A DNA stretch of 64,000 bases, taken from contig OZ219920.1 in assembly GCA_964291415.2 (NCBI GenBank), positions 1,376,001 to 1,440,000 of the forward strand, read 5' to 3'. This DNA comes from Alphaproteobacteria bacterium (lineage in GTDB: Bacteria > Pseudomonadota > Alphaproteobacteria > SP197). The notes beneath the pieces were generated by a model that saw only the letters and a list, made by a program, of their open reading frames with translations, was not told where the DNA came from and did no database searches. Of the stretch, positions 29,400 through 39,705 are shown one piece after another (position 1 is the first letter of the stretch; each line of letters starts with the position of its first letter). The position numbers and the translations under genes were made by a program.

Positions 29400-31415
29400 A
29401 TGGCGAATGGTTGGAAAGTCGGCATCGATGTCGGTGGCACGTTCACCGACGTGATCGCGACCCACCAGGCGCTTGGCGAGACAAGAGTGGCAAAGGTGCC
29501 GACGCGCACCGATGACCGCATTGCCGGATTGGTGTCTGCACTCCAGGCGGTCGGTCTCGCGTGGTCAGACGTGGACGACCTGATTCACGGCACCACCATC
29601 GTCACCAACGCCATCATCGAGGGCGACCATGCCAAGGTTGCGCTGATCGCCACGCGCGGGTTTTCCGATACACTTGAAATCGGTCGCCAGAACCGGCGTC
29701 ACCTCTACCGCCTCGACTTGCCTCCCAAACTCCCGTCACAGGTGCCGGCCAAACGCCGGTTTGAAGTCACCGAGCGGCTCGATCACGATGGCCGGGTCCG
29801 GACCGCCCTGGATCCGAACTCCGTGGAGGATGCCATCGGACGCGCCGAGCGGAGCGGAGCCGAAGCGGTCGCCGTGTCTCTGCTGCATTCCTATGCCAAC
29901 TCCGTCCACGAGGAGGCCCTGGGCGAGAGTCTGCGCTCGCGATTCAGGTTCGTTGCGCTCTCGCACCGGGTCAATCCGGAGGCGCGCGAATACGAACGCA
30001 CCGCAACGACCGCGTTGAGCGCCGGCGTCATGCCCCTGGCAGCGGCCTATCTCGACGATCTGGACGCGGCGAAGCCCGGCAATTCCCGGCTGCACTTCTT
30101 CCATTCCGCCGGAGGGATGGCGTCACCGCACGTTTTACGCGACCTTCCACTCGGCCTCGCGGCCTCTGGTCCTGCTGCAGGCGCTGCCGCCGCGGCGCAG
30201 TTGGCTCGCACGCTCGGGATCGAGCGCGCCATCAGTTTCGACATGGGCGGCACCACCACCGATGTCTGCCTGATCATCGACGGAAAAGAGCAGGTCACGA
30301 GTGATCGTTCCATCGGTGGTCGGCCCTTGCGCCAGCCCATGGTGGCCGTGGAATCCATCGGTGCGGGCGGCGGGTCAATCGCCCGGCTCGATCACGGCTC
30401 CCTGACAGTCGGACCGGAGAGCGCCGGCGCCGACCCGGGACCCGCCTGCTACGCCAGAGGCGGCGAAGCGCCAACTGTGACCGACGCCAATCTGGTGCTT
30501 GGATACATGGATGCGAACAGTGTCCTTGGCGGATCACTCCGCCTTGATGTTGCTGCGGCTCAAGACGTGATTGCAGAACTGTCCGCGGCCATGGGCATGA
30601 CGATGGAGGGCGCCGCTTCCGGCATCATCAAGGTGGCCAACGCGGCACTGTCGCGTGCGCTGCGCCGTGTCACCGTGGAGCGCGGTATCGACGGGCGTAC
30701 CTGCACCCTTCTTGCATTCGGCGGCGCGGGCCCGATGCATGCGGTGGCGCTGGCCCGTGCCTTTTCCATCGGCAACGTGATTGTTCCCGCCCACTCCAGC
30801 ATGTTCTCGGCGCTCGGATGCGTCGGCGCGAGGATGAGCCATGCACAGCAGAGTACGTTGCGCGCGGCCTCTGAAGGCTGGGACGCCGAAGGGGTGGAGC
30901 GGACGCGACAGGCGCTTCGAACAACCCTGGCTGCGCCCCTTGAGGCAGCCGGTCATGATGACGATACGCTCACGGTCGAGGAGGTTGCATCGATTCGCTA
31001 CCGGGGCCAGAGCTACGCAATCGAGATCCCTGGCGCGACCCTTGACGATCCGGAATGCCTGGGGCGTGAATTCCGGGACCGCCATCGGGCGCTCTACGGC
31101 TTCGCGACCGACGATCCGTGGGAACTGGTGTCGATTCGTGTGCGGGTCTCGGCCCCCCGCGAATGCACGTCCTGTCCGCCCATCGCCAGGACAACAGAAG
31201 CACTCTCGCCAATCAGGACATCGTCCTGCGCGTTCGAATCGGGCGCACGCGTGCCAACTCCACGTTACGATCGCGCCAGCCTGAGGGCCGACAGCACGCT
31301 GAGCGGGCCGGTCATCATCGACGACGCGTGGTCGACCATTGTCGTTCCGCCCGGCGCGACGTTGACGGCCGACGTCGACGGCCATCTGCATATCGCCACG
31401 GGGGTCGGGTCGTGA
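29400..31415 (+). CDS. Hydantoinase/5-oxoprolinase subunit A family (ATP-dependent)
   Basis: GIDVGGTFTD, HGTT, SGPAAG, DMGGTTTD, GAGGGS and GADPGPACY. Confidence 0.93.
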   Translation: MANGWKVGIDVGGTFTDVIATHQALGETRVAKVPTRTDDRIAGLVSALQAVGLAWSDVDDLIHGTTIVTNAIIEGDHAKVALIATRGFSDTLEIGRQNRRHLYRLDLPPKLPSQVPAKRRFEVTERLDHDGRVRTALDPNSVEDAIGRAERSGAEAVAVSLLHSYANSVHEEALGESLRSRFRFVALSHRVNPEAREYERTATTALSAGVMPLAAAYLDDLDAAKPGNSRLHFFHSAGGMASPHVLRDLPLGLAASGPAAGAAAAAQLARTLGIERAISFDMGGTTTDVCLIIDGKEQVTSDRSIGGRPLRQPMVAVESIGAGGGSIARLDHGSLTVGPESAGADPGPACYARGGEAPTVTDANLVLGYMDANSVLGGSLRLDVAAAQDVIAELSAAMGMTMEGAASGIIKVANAALSRALRRVTVERGIDGRTCTLLAFGGAGPMHAVALARAFSIGNVIVPAHSSMFSALGCVGARMSHAQQSTLRAASEGWDAEGVERTRQALRTTLAAPLEAAGHDDDTLTVEEVASIRYRGQSYAIEIPGATLDDPECLGREFRDRHRALYGFATDDPWELVSIRVRVSAPRECTSCPPIARTTEALSPIRTSSCAFESGARVPTPRYDRASLRADSTLSGPVIIDDAWSTIVVPPGATLTADVDGHLHIATGVGS

Positions 31416-33046
31416 GCGCCGGGATCGACCCTGTGACCCTGGAGGTGATTCGCCACGCGCTGACGGCGACAGCGGAGGAGATGTCGCTCGTGGTCATGCG
31501 CTCGGCGCGTTCGCCTCTCCTGCGCGAGGCCGGCGATCTCTCCTCGGCGCTGACCGATGCCGACGGCCATCTCATCGCCCAGGGCCGCGACATCCCCATG
31601 CACATGGGAGTCATGAGCTTCACCGTCCGCGAGTTTCTGAAGCGGGTGCCGCGTGAGCGCCTCGCGCCGGCAGACACGTGGTTTCTCAACCTGCCGGAGG
31701 TTGGCGGAAACCACCTTCCCGATGTCAAGGCGATCCGCCCTATCTTCACGCAAGGCGAGATCGTGGCTTTTGCCGTGAGCCTCGCGCACTGGGCGGACAT
31801 TGGCGGGGCCGTTCCAGGCAGTTACGTCGCAAACGCCACCGATGCCTGGCAGGAAGGACTTCGCATCCCTCCCTTCCGCCTCTTCACCGCGGCCGGCCCC
31901 GACCGCGAGAAGCTCGACATGATCGCTGCCAATGTGCGGGGTGCCGAAGAGCGCGAGGGTGACATTCTGGCGCAGGTTGCGGCAGGGCGGGCCGCCGAGA
32001 CACGGGTTCATCAGATCGTGGCGGAACACGGCAGGAACACCCTGATGACCGCCATGTCCGCCATCAATGACCGGGCCGAGGTCCAGATGCGCGAGGCGCT
32101 CGCGGCAATTCCCGACGGCGTCTACACGGGCGAAGACTGGCTCGACGACAATGCTGCGGGCGGTGGCCCCGTCGCCGTCCGGGTGCAGGTGACCATCGCC
32201 GGCGACCGGGCCCGGTTCGACTTTTCGGATACGGACGACGAGGCACGGGGGCCGGTGAACACCACGCCCTTTGTCGCTGCCGCTTCCGTCTTCTATGTGG
32301 TCAAGGCACTCCTTGGCGCCAGCATCCAGCCCTGCGGTGGCTGCTACCGGCCGCTGGAGATCGTGACCCGGCCCGGTTCGCTGCTCGATCCGGGCCGGGA
32401 GAGCCCGGTGGTGGGCGGCAATCACGAAACGTCGCAGCGTATTGCCGACGCCGTGTTCCGGGCTCTGGAACCGACCGGGCCGGAGCGGCTCACCGCCGGC
32501 GGTCCCACCACATCGGGACTGGTCCTGTTCGGCGGACGACGGGCCGACGGGACCTGGACCACTCTCTACGAGGTCCATGGCGGTGGAGAGGGTGCGCGAC
32601 ATGATCGCGAGGGGATGCCGGTGGTCCGGGTGCACTTGTCCAACGTGATGAACACGCCGGCCGAGGTGGTGGAGGCCGAATTCCCCATCCGCATCGAATG
32701 CCAGCGCCTGCGCCGGGGGTCCGGTGGCGCCGGCCGGCATCGAGGTGGAGAGGGGTTGCACCGGGAGTACCGGATACTCGCCGACGACATGTCGGTCACG
32801 TCGATGTTCGAGCGGCGCGTCGTGCCGCCCTACGGCTTGCAGGGGGGTGATTCCGGAGCGCCCTTCCGCGTAACCATCCAGCGTTCGGACGGCAGCCGGT
32901 CGGACATGCCTGGCAAGGCGAACCTGCGTCTCGGCAGGGACGACGTGGTTGTCGTCGAAAGCTGCGGCGGCGGCGGTTACGGGCAACCCGGAACGACGGC
33001 AACGGATACACTCGCGAACAGTGCAGACAAGGGAAAGATGCAGTGA
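31412..33046 (+). CDS. Hydantoinase B/oxoprolinase family subunit
   Basis: DPVTLEVI, SARSPLLRE, GGNHLPD, HWADIGG and QEGLRIPP; GTGA overlap with subunit A. Confidence 0.93.
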   Translation: MSAGIDPVTLEVIRHALTATAEEMSLVVMRSARSPLLREAGDLSSALTDADGHLIAQGRDIPMHMGVMSFTVREFLKRVPRERLAPADTWFLNLPEVGGNHLPDVKAIRPIFTQGEIVAFAVSLAHWADIGGAVPGSYVANATDAWQEGLRIPPFRLFTAAGPDREKLDMIAANVRGAEEREGDILAQVAAGRAAETRVHQIVAEHGRNTLMTAMSAINDRAEVQMREALAAIPDGVYTGEDWLDDNAAGGGPVAVRVQVTIAGDRARFDFSDTDDEARGPVNTTPFVAAASVFYVVKALLGASIQPCGGCYRPLEIVTRPGSLLDPGRESPVVGGNHETSQRIADAVFRALEPTGPERLTAGGPTTSGLVLFGGRRADGTWTTLYEVHGGGEGARHDREGMPVVRVHLSNVMNTPAEVVEAEFPIRIECQRLRRGSGGAGRHRGGEGLHREYRILADDMSVTSMFERRVVPPYGLQGGDSGAPFRVTIQRSDGSRSDMPGKANLRLGRDDVVVVESCGGGGYGQPGTTATDTLANSADKGKMQ

Positions 33047-33825
33047 AACTGGACGGCAAGAAGGCAATTGTCACCGGCGCCGCGAAGGGCATGGGTGCTG
33101 CCATCACGACAACGCTCGCGCGCGAGGGCGCCGACGTCGTTCTCACGGCGCGCGAATCGGACGCCCTCGAACAGGTCGCCGGGGAGGTCCGGGCGGTTGG
33201 GCGTGCGGCTCATGTCGTCGCCTGCGATGTCACCGACGAAACGCAGGTCAAGGCGATGGTGAATCACGCCCTGGATGCCTTCGGCGGACGCATCGACATC
33301 CTGGTCAATGTCGCCGGCGTTACCGGTCCAATCGAGACGCCGGTGCAGGACATTGCCGTCGCCGACTTCGACGACGTCATCACGACAAACGAACGCGGCA
33401 CCTTCCTGCCCATCAAGCACGTGGTGCCGACCATGATCGCCCAAAGGAGCGGCAAGATCGTGAACATCGGCGGCACGTCCGGTCTGCGCGGTTACGCCAT
33501 GCGCACGGCCTACAGCGCCTCGAAATGGGCGGTACGCGGGATCACACGGACGGTGGCACTGGAGGTCGGCAAGTACAACATCAATGTCAACGCCGTCTGC
33601 CCGGGAATCGTCGAGACGCCGCGCATGCAGAAGCTGTGCGAGGAAAAGGCGCGCGTACGCGGCTGGACCGTCGACGATGTGTACGACGAGTATGTTCAGG
33701 AGATGGCACTGAAGCGCGTGACCACGCCAGTCGACGTGGCCAACGCCGTCCTGTTCATGGCAAGCGAGGACAGTCGTCAGATCACCGGCCAGGCCATCAC
33801 GGTCGACGGCGGCTGGGACGTGTGA
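33043..33825 (+). CDS. SDR family oxidoreductase
   Basis: TGAAKGMG, YSASK and ITVDGG. Confidence 0.93.
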   Translation: MKLDGKKAIVTGAAKGMGAAITTTLAREGADVVLTARESDALEQVAGEVRAVGRAAHVVACDVTDETQVKAMVNHALDAFGGRIDILVNVAGVTGPIETPVQDIAVADFDDVITTNERGTFLPIKHVVPTMIAQRSGKIVNIGGTSGLRGYAMRTAYSASKWAVRGITRTVALEVGKYNINVNAVCPGIVETPRMQKLCEEKARVRGWTVDDVYDEYVQEMALKRVTTPVDVANAVLFMASEDSRQITGQAITVDGGWDV

Positions 33826-34288
33826 CCGGGCAGAGAACATGACGGCAGAAGTCGCTGCGAGGCGCGCACCGTTTGAACCCGAAGTCCCGAGCATTCCGGC
33901 CGGCGAGGTCATTGTTCCCTTTGCCGGGGCCACGAAGTGAATGTTCGGTGTCCGCGCCAGGCGGGAGCCGCTGTACCAAGTGACAAGCACCCGTGAAGTC
34001 GGCGAACTGCCGCGGATCGAATTCTGGCCCCGATACAAAGTCATGTCCAGGCGCACGGCAGCGAGCGCCGCGCTGTGAATGAACCGCTTTTCCCTCCTCA
34101 GGGGAAAGCAGCCGAATCCCGTACTCCCTGGACAGATCGCGACCATCCGGACGGACTTTGGATCAAACAGAGGCGTTCGCCTCAGGGGGCGGTCTCCGTC
34201 ATGCGCATTCGAAACTGGCAACTGTCGCGTCGCACGACCGGTCGGCTTCGGCTATCTTCGCCCCGACGCGGCGGCGAGGGGAGACACC

Positions 34289-35899
34289 ATGCCCAGGGCC
34301 ATGATCACCAGCCTTCAGCCCGATGCTGTCGAAGCCGGCGCACGGGTGTTGCGCCAGGGTGGCAACGCGGTCGACGCCGCCCTCGCCTGCGCTTTCGTGC
34401 AGACCGTGGTCGATCCGATGATGTGCGGAATCGCCGGGTTCGGGGCGATGCAGGTGTACATGCCCGGACGCGGTATCCATGAGATCATCGACTTTCACGG
34501 CCGGGTTCCGGCCGCCGCAACCCCGGACATGTGGCAGGACCGCATCCTGGGCGAGACCGAGGATGGCTTCGGTTTCGTCCTCAAAGACGCCGTCAACGAT
34601 CTCGGCTACCAGGCGATCACGACCCCCGGCACCTGCCGAGCCTTCGCCGAGGCGAACCACCGCTACGGCACGCTGGCGTGGGACGAACTGATCGAGCCCG
34701 CCATCGCCTATGCCCGGGGAGGCTTCGTCGTGCGGCCGGGCGTCCATGGCTACTGGGCCGCTCCGGACCACCCCGGGCGCACGAGCGTGCGCGAGCGCCT
34801 CGCGTTTTCGCCCGAGGGCCGCGCCATCTATTTCCGGGCCGACGGCGAACTCCACGGCATCGGCGCCACGATCCGCAACCCCGGAATGGCCTTTTCCCTG
34901 GAGCAGATTGCACGGCACGGCCCTGAGGAGTTCTACGAAGGCGAGATCGCCGCCCGGATCGATGCCGACATGAAGGCCCATGGCGGCCTGCTCTCGGCCC
35001 GCGACCTGCGCGCCTATGCCACCGACACCAATCGCCCGCTGTGGGGCAACTACCGCGGACACCGCCTGGCGACGAACCGCCCGCCGGGCGGCGGCGTCAT
35101 GCTCGTCGAAATGCTCAACATCCTCGAGAACTTCGACCTCGTCGCCATGGGCCACAACTCGCCCACCTACATCCGCACTGTTGCCGAAGCGATGAAAATC
35201 GCCACCGCAGACAAGGACAATCATGTCGGGGACCCACGCTTCACGGAGGTGCCTCTCGAACGGCTGACCGACAAGGCGTATGCCAGGGACCATTCGAGGG
35301 CCATCGAGGCCGGCGAGAAGGCACACGTCGAGAGGATGCCTCTCGCCGAGGCCAGCGGTACGACCCACCTTGTGACGGTCGACCGCGAAGGCAACATCGT
35401 CACCATGACGCACACGCTGGGAATGATGTCGGGTGTCATCACCGAGGGACTGGGCTTCATGTACAATGGTGCGATGGCGGTCTTTGATCCGCGCCCGGGC
35501 CGTACGGGCTCGATCGCGCCGGGCAAGGCCCGCTTCTCATCGCTGTGTCCCACCATCGTGTTCGACGGCAACCGCCCCGTCCTGGCGCTGGGCGCCCCGG
35601 GAGGCACCCAGATCGCCATGGGCGTGCTGCAGGTCATTCTCAACGTCATCGAGTTCGGCATGAGCCCGCAGGAGGCCATCCTGGCGCCCCGTTTCTCGGC
35701 CACCAGCGACACCATCACCGTGACGGCGCGCATACCGCGCTACCTTTGCAAAGACCTCGAGGCAGAGGGCTACCGCGTCGAGCGCAGCCCTTTCAGCTAC
35801 GATATCGCCTCGGTCCATGCCATCGGCTTCGACTCCGAAGGTCATCCTTCAGGAGGAGCCGACATTCCCTACGGCGACGGCATGGCGCTGGCCGTCTGA
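34289..35899 (+). CDS. Gamma-glutamyltransferase family Ntn hydrolase, no evident signal peptide
   Basis: GGNAVDAA, GTTHL autocleavage Thr and GAPGG. Confidence 0.92.
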   Translation: MPRAMITSLQPDAVEAGARVLRQGGNAVDAALACAFVQTVVDPMMCGIAGFGAMQVYMPGRGIHEIIDFHGRVPAAATPDMWQDRILGETEDGFGFVLKDAVNDLGYQAITTPGTCRAFAEANHRYGTLAWDELIEPAIAYARGGFVVRPGVHGYWAAPDHPGRTSVRERLAFSPEGRAIYFRADGELHGIGATIRNPGMAFSLEQIARHGPEEFYEGEIAARIDADMKAHGGLLSARDLRAYATDTNRPLWGNYRGHRLATNRPPGGGVMLVEMLNILENFDLVAMGHNSPTYIRTVAEAMKIATADKDNHVGDPRFTEVPLERLTDKAYARDHSRAIEAGEKAHVERMPLAEASGTTHLVTVDREGNIVTMTHTLGMMSGVITEGLGFMYNGAMAVFDPRPGRTGSIAPGKARFSSLCPTIVFDGNRPVLALGAPGGTQIAMGVLQVILNVIEFGMSPQEAILAPRFSATSDTITVTARIPRYLCKDLEAEGYRVERSPFSYDIASVHAIGFDSEGHPSGGADIPYGDGMALAV

Positions 35900-36013
35900 G
35901 CGATCCGGTAATCGCTCTCGAAAATCGAATGGCAGACGCTCACCGTCGTCCCGACCTGCCGGCACTTCAGGCGCCTGAGAGAGGCTCCGGGATGGAATGG
36001 CACCTTTCGTGAT

Positions 36014-36031
36014 TTGTCACACTCCTGACAA
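36014..36031. promoter_or_regulatory. Inverted repeat TTGTCA-N6-TGACAA upstream of the PotD-like binding protein
   Basis: Perfect 6-bp arms in an AT-rich promoter region. Confidence 0.45.
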
Positions 36032-36103
36032 TGACATAACATGCACACAATATCGGCTTGAAATTGAACTAAAACCTAAGAGCGGTCAGGAGGGCCAATC
36101 ACC

Positions 36104-37240
36104 ATGAACAAGATTCAAGGGCTGTTTCCGGACGGCGCCCCCTTGTCGTCCGTCGCTCCCGGCACAAGCCGCCGTCAGGTGCTCAGCACCCTGGCGTCAG
36201 CCGGCATTCTCGTGACGTCTGTGCCGTTTGTCGGACGCACTCAGGCAGCCGATCATCACCCGCTGGTGTTCACATGGGACGGGTACAACGTGCCCGAACT
36301 CCACAAGCCCTATAGCGACAAGTATGGGCGATCGCCGGAGTTCTCGTTGTTCGGCGGTCTCGACGAGGCATTCGCCAAGCATCTTTCGGGCTTCGTCCCC
36401 GATATCACCACGCCTGGCGCCGAGACGATTGAGCGCTGGAGGGACGGCGGCATCATCGTGCCCACCGATACCTCGAAGCTCAGCAACTGGCCCGATCTGT
36501 TCGACGGCCTCAAGACACAGGCTCCCGCATTCGAGGACGGTCAGCAGTGGGCCGTTCCCTTTGCGTGGGGCGGATCGGCCATTGTCTATCGCCCGGATCT
36601 GGCGCCCGAGTACGCTGACAATCCGACATGGGACATCCTTTGGGATCCCAAGTACGAGGGCCGCCTTTCGATGCGCGACGATTCGACGGACAGCGTCGTC
36701 ACGGCTGCCATCGTCGCCGGCATCGACGATCCGTTCAACATGACCGACGATGACATCGCCAGGGTCCGGGCGCTCCTGACCGAGCAACGACCGCTGCTGC
36801 GCTACTACTGGAGCGATGCCACGTCGATGGAACAGTCCATGGCGACAGGAGAAATTGTCGCGTCGTACGGTTGGACGAGCTCGGTCTCGATTCTCAGGTC
36901 ACAGGGCGTTCCGGTCGAATTCATGGTTCCAAAGGAAGGCATGATCGTCTGGATCGACTTCCTGTCGATCTGCAACGGCGCCACGGCCTCGGAAGAGAAA
37001 ATGTACGACTACATCGATTCCGTGATCTCGCCCGAGAGCGGTGCTTTTCTTCTTGGCGAATGGGCAGTGGCCTCGCCCAACCGGAAGGCCTACGACCTCG
37101 TCGACCTGGAGATGGTCAGGGAACTCGGTCTCGACAACGCCGATGCCGTCACGGAAGCCGGTGTCTTGTTGATTCCGTTCTCCGTCGAGAGTCAGCCCAA
37201 GGTCGTCGGCATGTTTGACGAGGTCAAGTCCGGCTTCTAA
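36104..37240 (+). CDS. PotD/PotF-like (polyamine-type) ABC solute-binding protein, Tat-like signal, orphan
   Basis: SRRQVL signal, FTWDGY, VPFAWG, TWDILWDPKYEG and PKEG; AGGAGG RBS. Confidence 0.88.
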   Translation: MNKIQGLFPDGAPLSSVAPGTSRRQVLSTLASAGILVTSVPFVGRTQAADHHPLVFTWDGYNVPELHKPYSDKYGRSPEFSLFGGLDEAFAKHLSGFVPDITTPGAETIERWRDGGIIVPTDTSKLSNWPDLFDGLKTQAPAFEDGQQWAVPFAWGGSAIVYRPDLAPEYADNPTWDILWDPKYEGRLSMRDDSTDSVVTAAIVAGIDDPFNMTDDDIARVRALLTEQRPLLRYYWSDATSMEQSMATGEIVASYGWTSSVSILRSQGVPVEFMVPKEGMIVWIDFLSICNGATASEEKMYDYIDSVISPESGAFLLGEWAVASPNRKAYDLVDLEMVRELGLDNADAVTEAGVLLIPFSVESQPKVVGMFDEVKSGF

Positions 37241-37403
37241 CCCTATCGAGTCTGTTGACAAAACAGGCTGAGTGCGGCGCGTGCCAGCCGTTGGCGCAGC
37301 GATACGTTGGAGGACACCGGCCTTCCGTTTGCCTACGAAGATGGACACCGGCAGCATCGCCGTTGATCACCATCTCCGCCATGGCCTCCCGACGGCAGGA
37401 GTT

Positions 37404-38857
37404 TCATGGCGGGAAGACATGGATCCGCGTTCTGTCGACGACGAGGCCGAGGGTGTCGCCTTCCATGAAGGAGCCGGCCGGAACCGCGTCATTGACCCGA
37501 ACGGTACAGCGACTGGCCGGGGTGTCGAAATGAAGCAGAGTCTCGGCGCCGAGCGGTTCGATGCTACTTCCTGAGAGTTGTCGGACGGCCCTCCCAATAG
37601 TGATCGACAAGGCGGGCGACGAGGTCCGCCTCCCCGGTCCATCGCAAGCCGAGCGATTCCGGCTTCCCCAATCGTATCCCGATGGTCTGAGGTAGGCCCT
37701 CCTTCGACCCCTGTGGCTGACCGAATGCGGGTCCTGGCGTTCATGAAAGGCATGGATCGTGACGAGATGTCTCACACTTGACCGCGAAGGTGACCGCGAG
37801 CCGGTATCGCGTCCACGTTTCCATGCATCGAAAGAAAGTTCATGGCCGGCGCTCAGGTGACGATGAATCCGTGCAACGATAGGTGTTGGCCGGATTGCCA
37901 AATCATGGTAGAGTTCCATCGGCGTGGGCCGGCGACCTGGTATATGATTCTTGCCTCTCAAAACAGGAAGACCGAATTTATATTGAGATTTCTTCACCTC
38001 AACTATCCCCCTGGTTGATGACGTTAAGGATTCTTCATCATGCGGTCGGCGAGGGTCATCTGCCTCGGTCTGGTCTGATGTTTGTCTTGGGTGTTGTAGA
38101 TCTGAACTGGTCACGCCATCAAGACCTGCCCCGCCTTGTGAAGCCGCGATCTCGAGGCGCATGCGCACTTCCGCGCAGTCGCCGCATTGTCGATTGCGGA
38201 GGTTGGAGAGCGGCTCGTCGAACAGGAACACCTCCGGATCGCGGATGATCGCCCGCCCGATTGGCGACACGGCTGACATGCTCGCCGCCGGTATCGACAG
38301 CTGCCGATGGGCATGCGGGTAGAGAGCAGGTCTGCGATGCCCAGTCTCGCCTTCGGCGTGGGTGACATAAATCGTCACGCCATCGAGCGCCTTGTGAAGC
38401 CGGGCCTCGAGACGCATCACGCGCCGATCAATCTCTCCGGATGATCGCCCGCCGCGCGCTGCGGGCAGCTGCCGGGGCATGCGGGTGAGCAGGTCTGCGA
38501 TGCCCAGTCTTTCGGATCACGCGCCGATCAATCTCTTGCCGGCGTGCGGGCAAGCGAGAGTCCGAATCCGATGTTGCCGGCGACGTCCAGATGCGGGAAG
38601 AGGGCGTAGGACTGGAAGACCATGGCAAGGCGCCGCTTCGAGGGAGCAACGCCGGTCACGTCGCGTCCGCCAATCCTGATCGTGCCGTCGCTGACGTCCT
38701 CAAGGCCCGAGATCAGGCGCAACATGGTCGATTTGCCACACCCCGAAGGGCCGACGAAGACCATGAACTCGCCTCTCACGATATCGAGCGAGACGTCCCG
38801 GATGACCTCGACGTCGCCGAAGGACTTGCGGATGTTTTCCAGCGTGACGCGTGCCAT
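37404..38857 (-). pseudogene. MalK/UgpC-type sugar ABC ATPase, frameshifted and internally scrambled (pseudogene or assembly artefact)
   Basis: Intact N-terminus with GPSGCGKS and VFQSYAL stops at 38528. Downstream pieces contain FLFDEPLSNL, TIYVTH, DQTEA and a TOBE-like end, but are duplicated, out of order and interleaved with unrelated sequence. Confidence 0.8.
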
Positions 38858-38859
38858 TC

Positions 38860-39705
38860 CTACCCCTTGACCGCGCCCATGGTCATGCCCTTGATGAAAT
38901 AGCGCTGGAAGAAGAGGAAGATCACCAGGGTGGGCAGGCTGGCAACCAGGGACAGCGCCCCCTGCACGCCCCAGGCGACCGTGTACTGCCCCTTGAGGTT
39001 GACGATTCCGATCATGATGGTGCGCTTCTCATCGGACTGGGTGAAAATCAGGGGCCAGAGAAAGTCGTTCCAGATCCATGTGAACTGCAGGGTGGCCAGG
39101 ACCGCCAGCGCCGGCAAACCCAGCGGAATGGCCACCCTGGTGAGAACCTGCCATTCGCTGGCGCCTTCAAGGATGGCCGCCTCTCTCAGGGCGTCCGGAA
39201 CGGTGGCAAAGAAGTTCCTCATCAACAGCGTGCAGATGGGAATACCGAGCGCCGTGTGGACGAGGAAGATTGGCCACAGTGTATCGATGAGACCAACGCC
39301 ATTGAACAGTCTGAACAGCGGCACCAGGATGACCTGGGGCGGAAAGAACATACCGGCGACGATGGCAAGGAAGAGGATTCCAGCACCGCGGAACGGCAGC
39401 TTGGCAAAGACATAGCCTGCAAGGACGCCAAGCGCGGTCGACGCCGCGGTTGCCGGGACGGTCACGATCACGGTGTTGACGAAGTAGCGATGAACTGCGG
39501 GATTCGAGAGGACCTCGGCGTAGTTTCCCAGAAAGAGTTCGCCCGGGATCGACCACAGGTCGCCGAGCGCAATGGCTCGTGTCGTCTTGATCGAGGACAG
39601 CAGCACACCGACGGTCGGTGTGAGGAACAGCACTGCCAGCATGACCAGGATTGCGATGAGCGCCGCCGTCCAGGGCGTAAGCGGCAGCGTCCGGCGTTCA
39701 GCCAT
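38860..39705 (-). CDS. Carbohydrate ABC transporter permease (MalG-type)
   Basis: [22 protein letters not shown] loop, WNDFLWP and FQRYFIKG. Confidence 0.93.
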   Translation of the reverse strand: MAERRTLPLTPWTAALIAILVMLAVLFLTPTVGVLLSSIKTTRAIALGDLWSIPGELFLGNYAEVLSNPAVHRYFVNTVIVTVPATAASTALGVLAGYVFAKLPFRGAGILFLAIVAGMFFPPQVILVPLFRLFNGVGLIDTLWPIFLVHTALGIPICTLLMRNFFATVPDALREAAILEGASEWQVLTRVAIPLGLPALAVLATLQFTWIWNDFLWPLIFTQSDEKRTIMIGIVNLKGQYTVAWGVQGALSLVASLPTLVIFLFFQRYFIKGMTMGAVKG

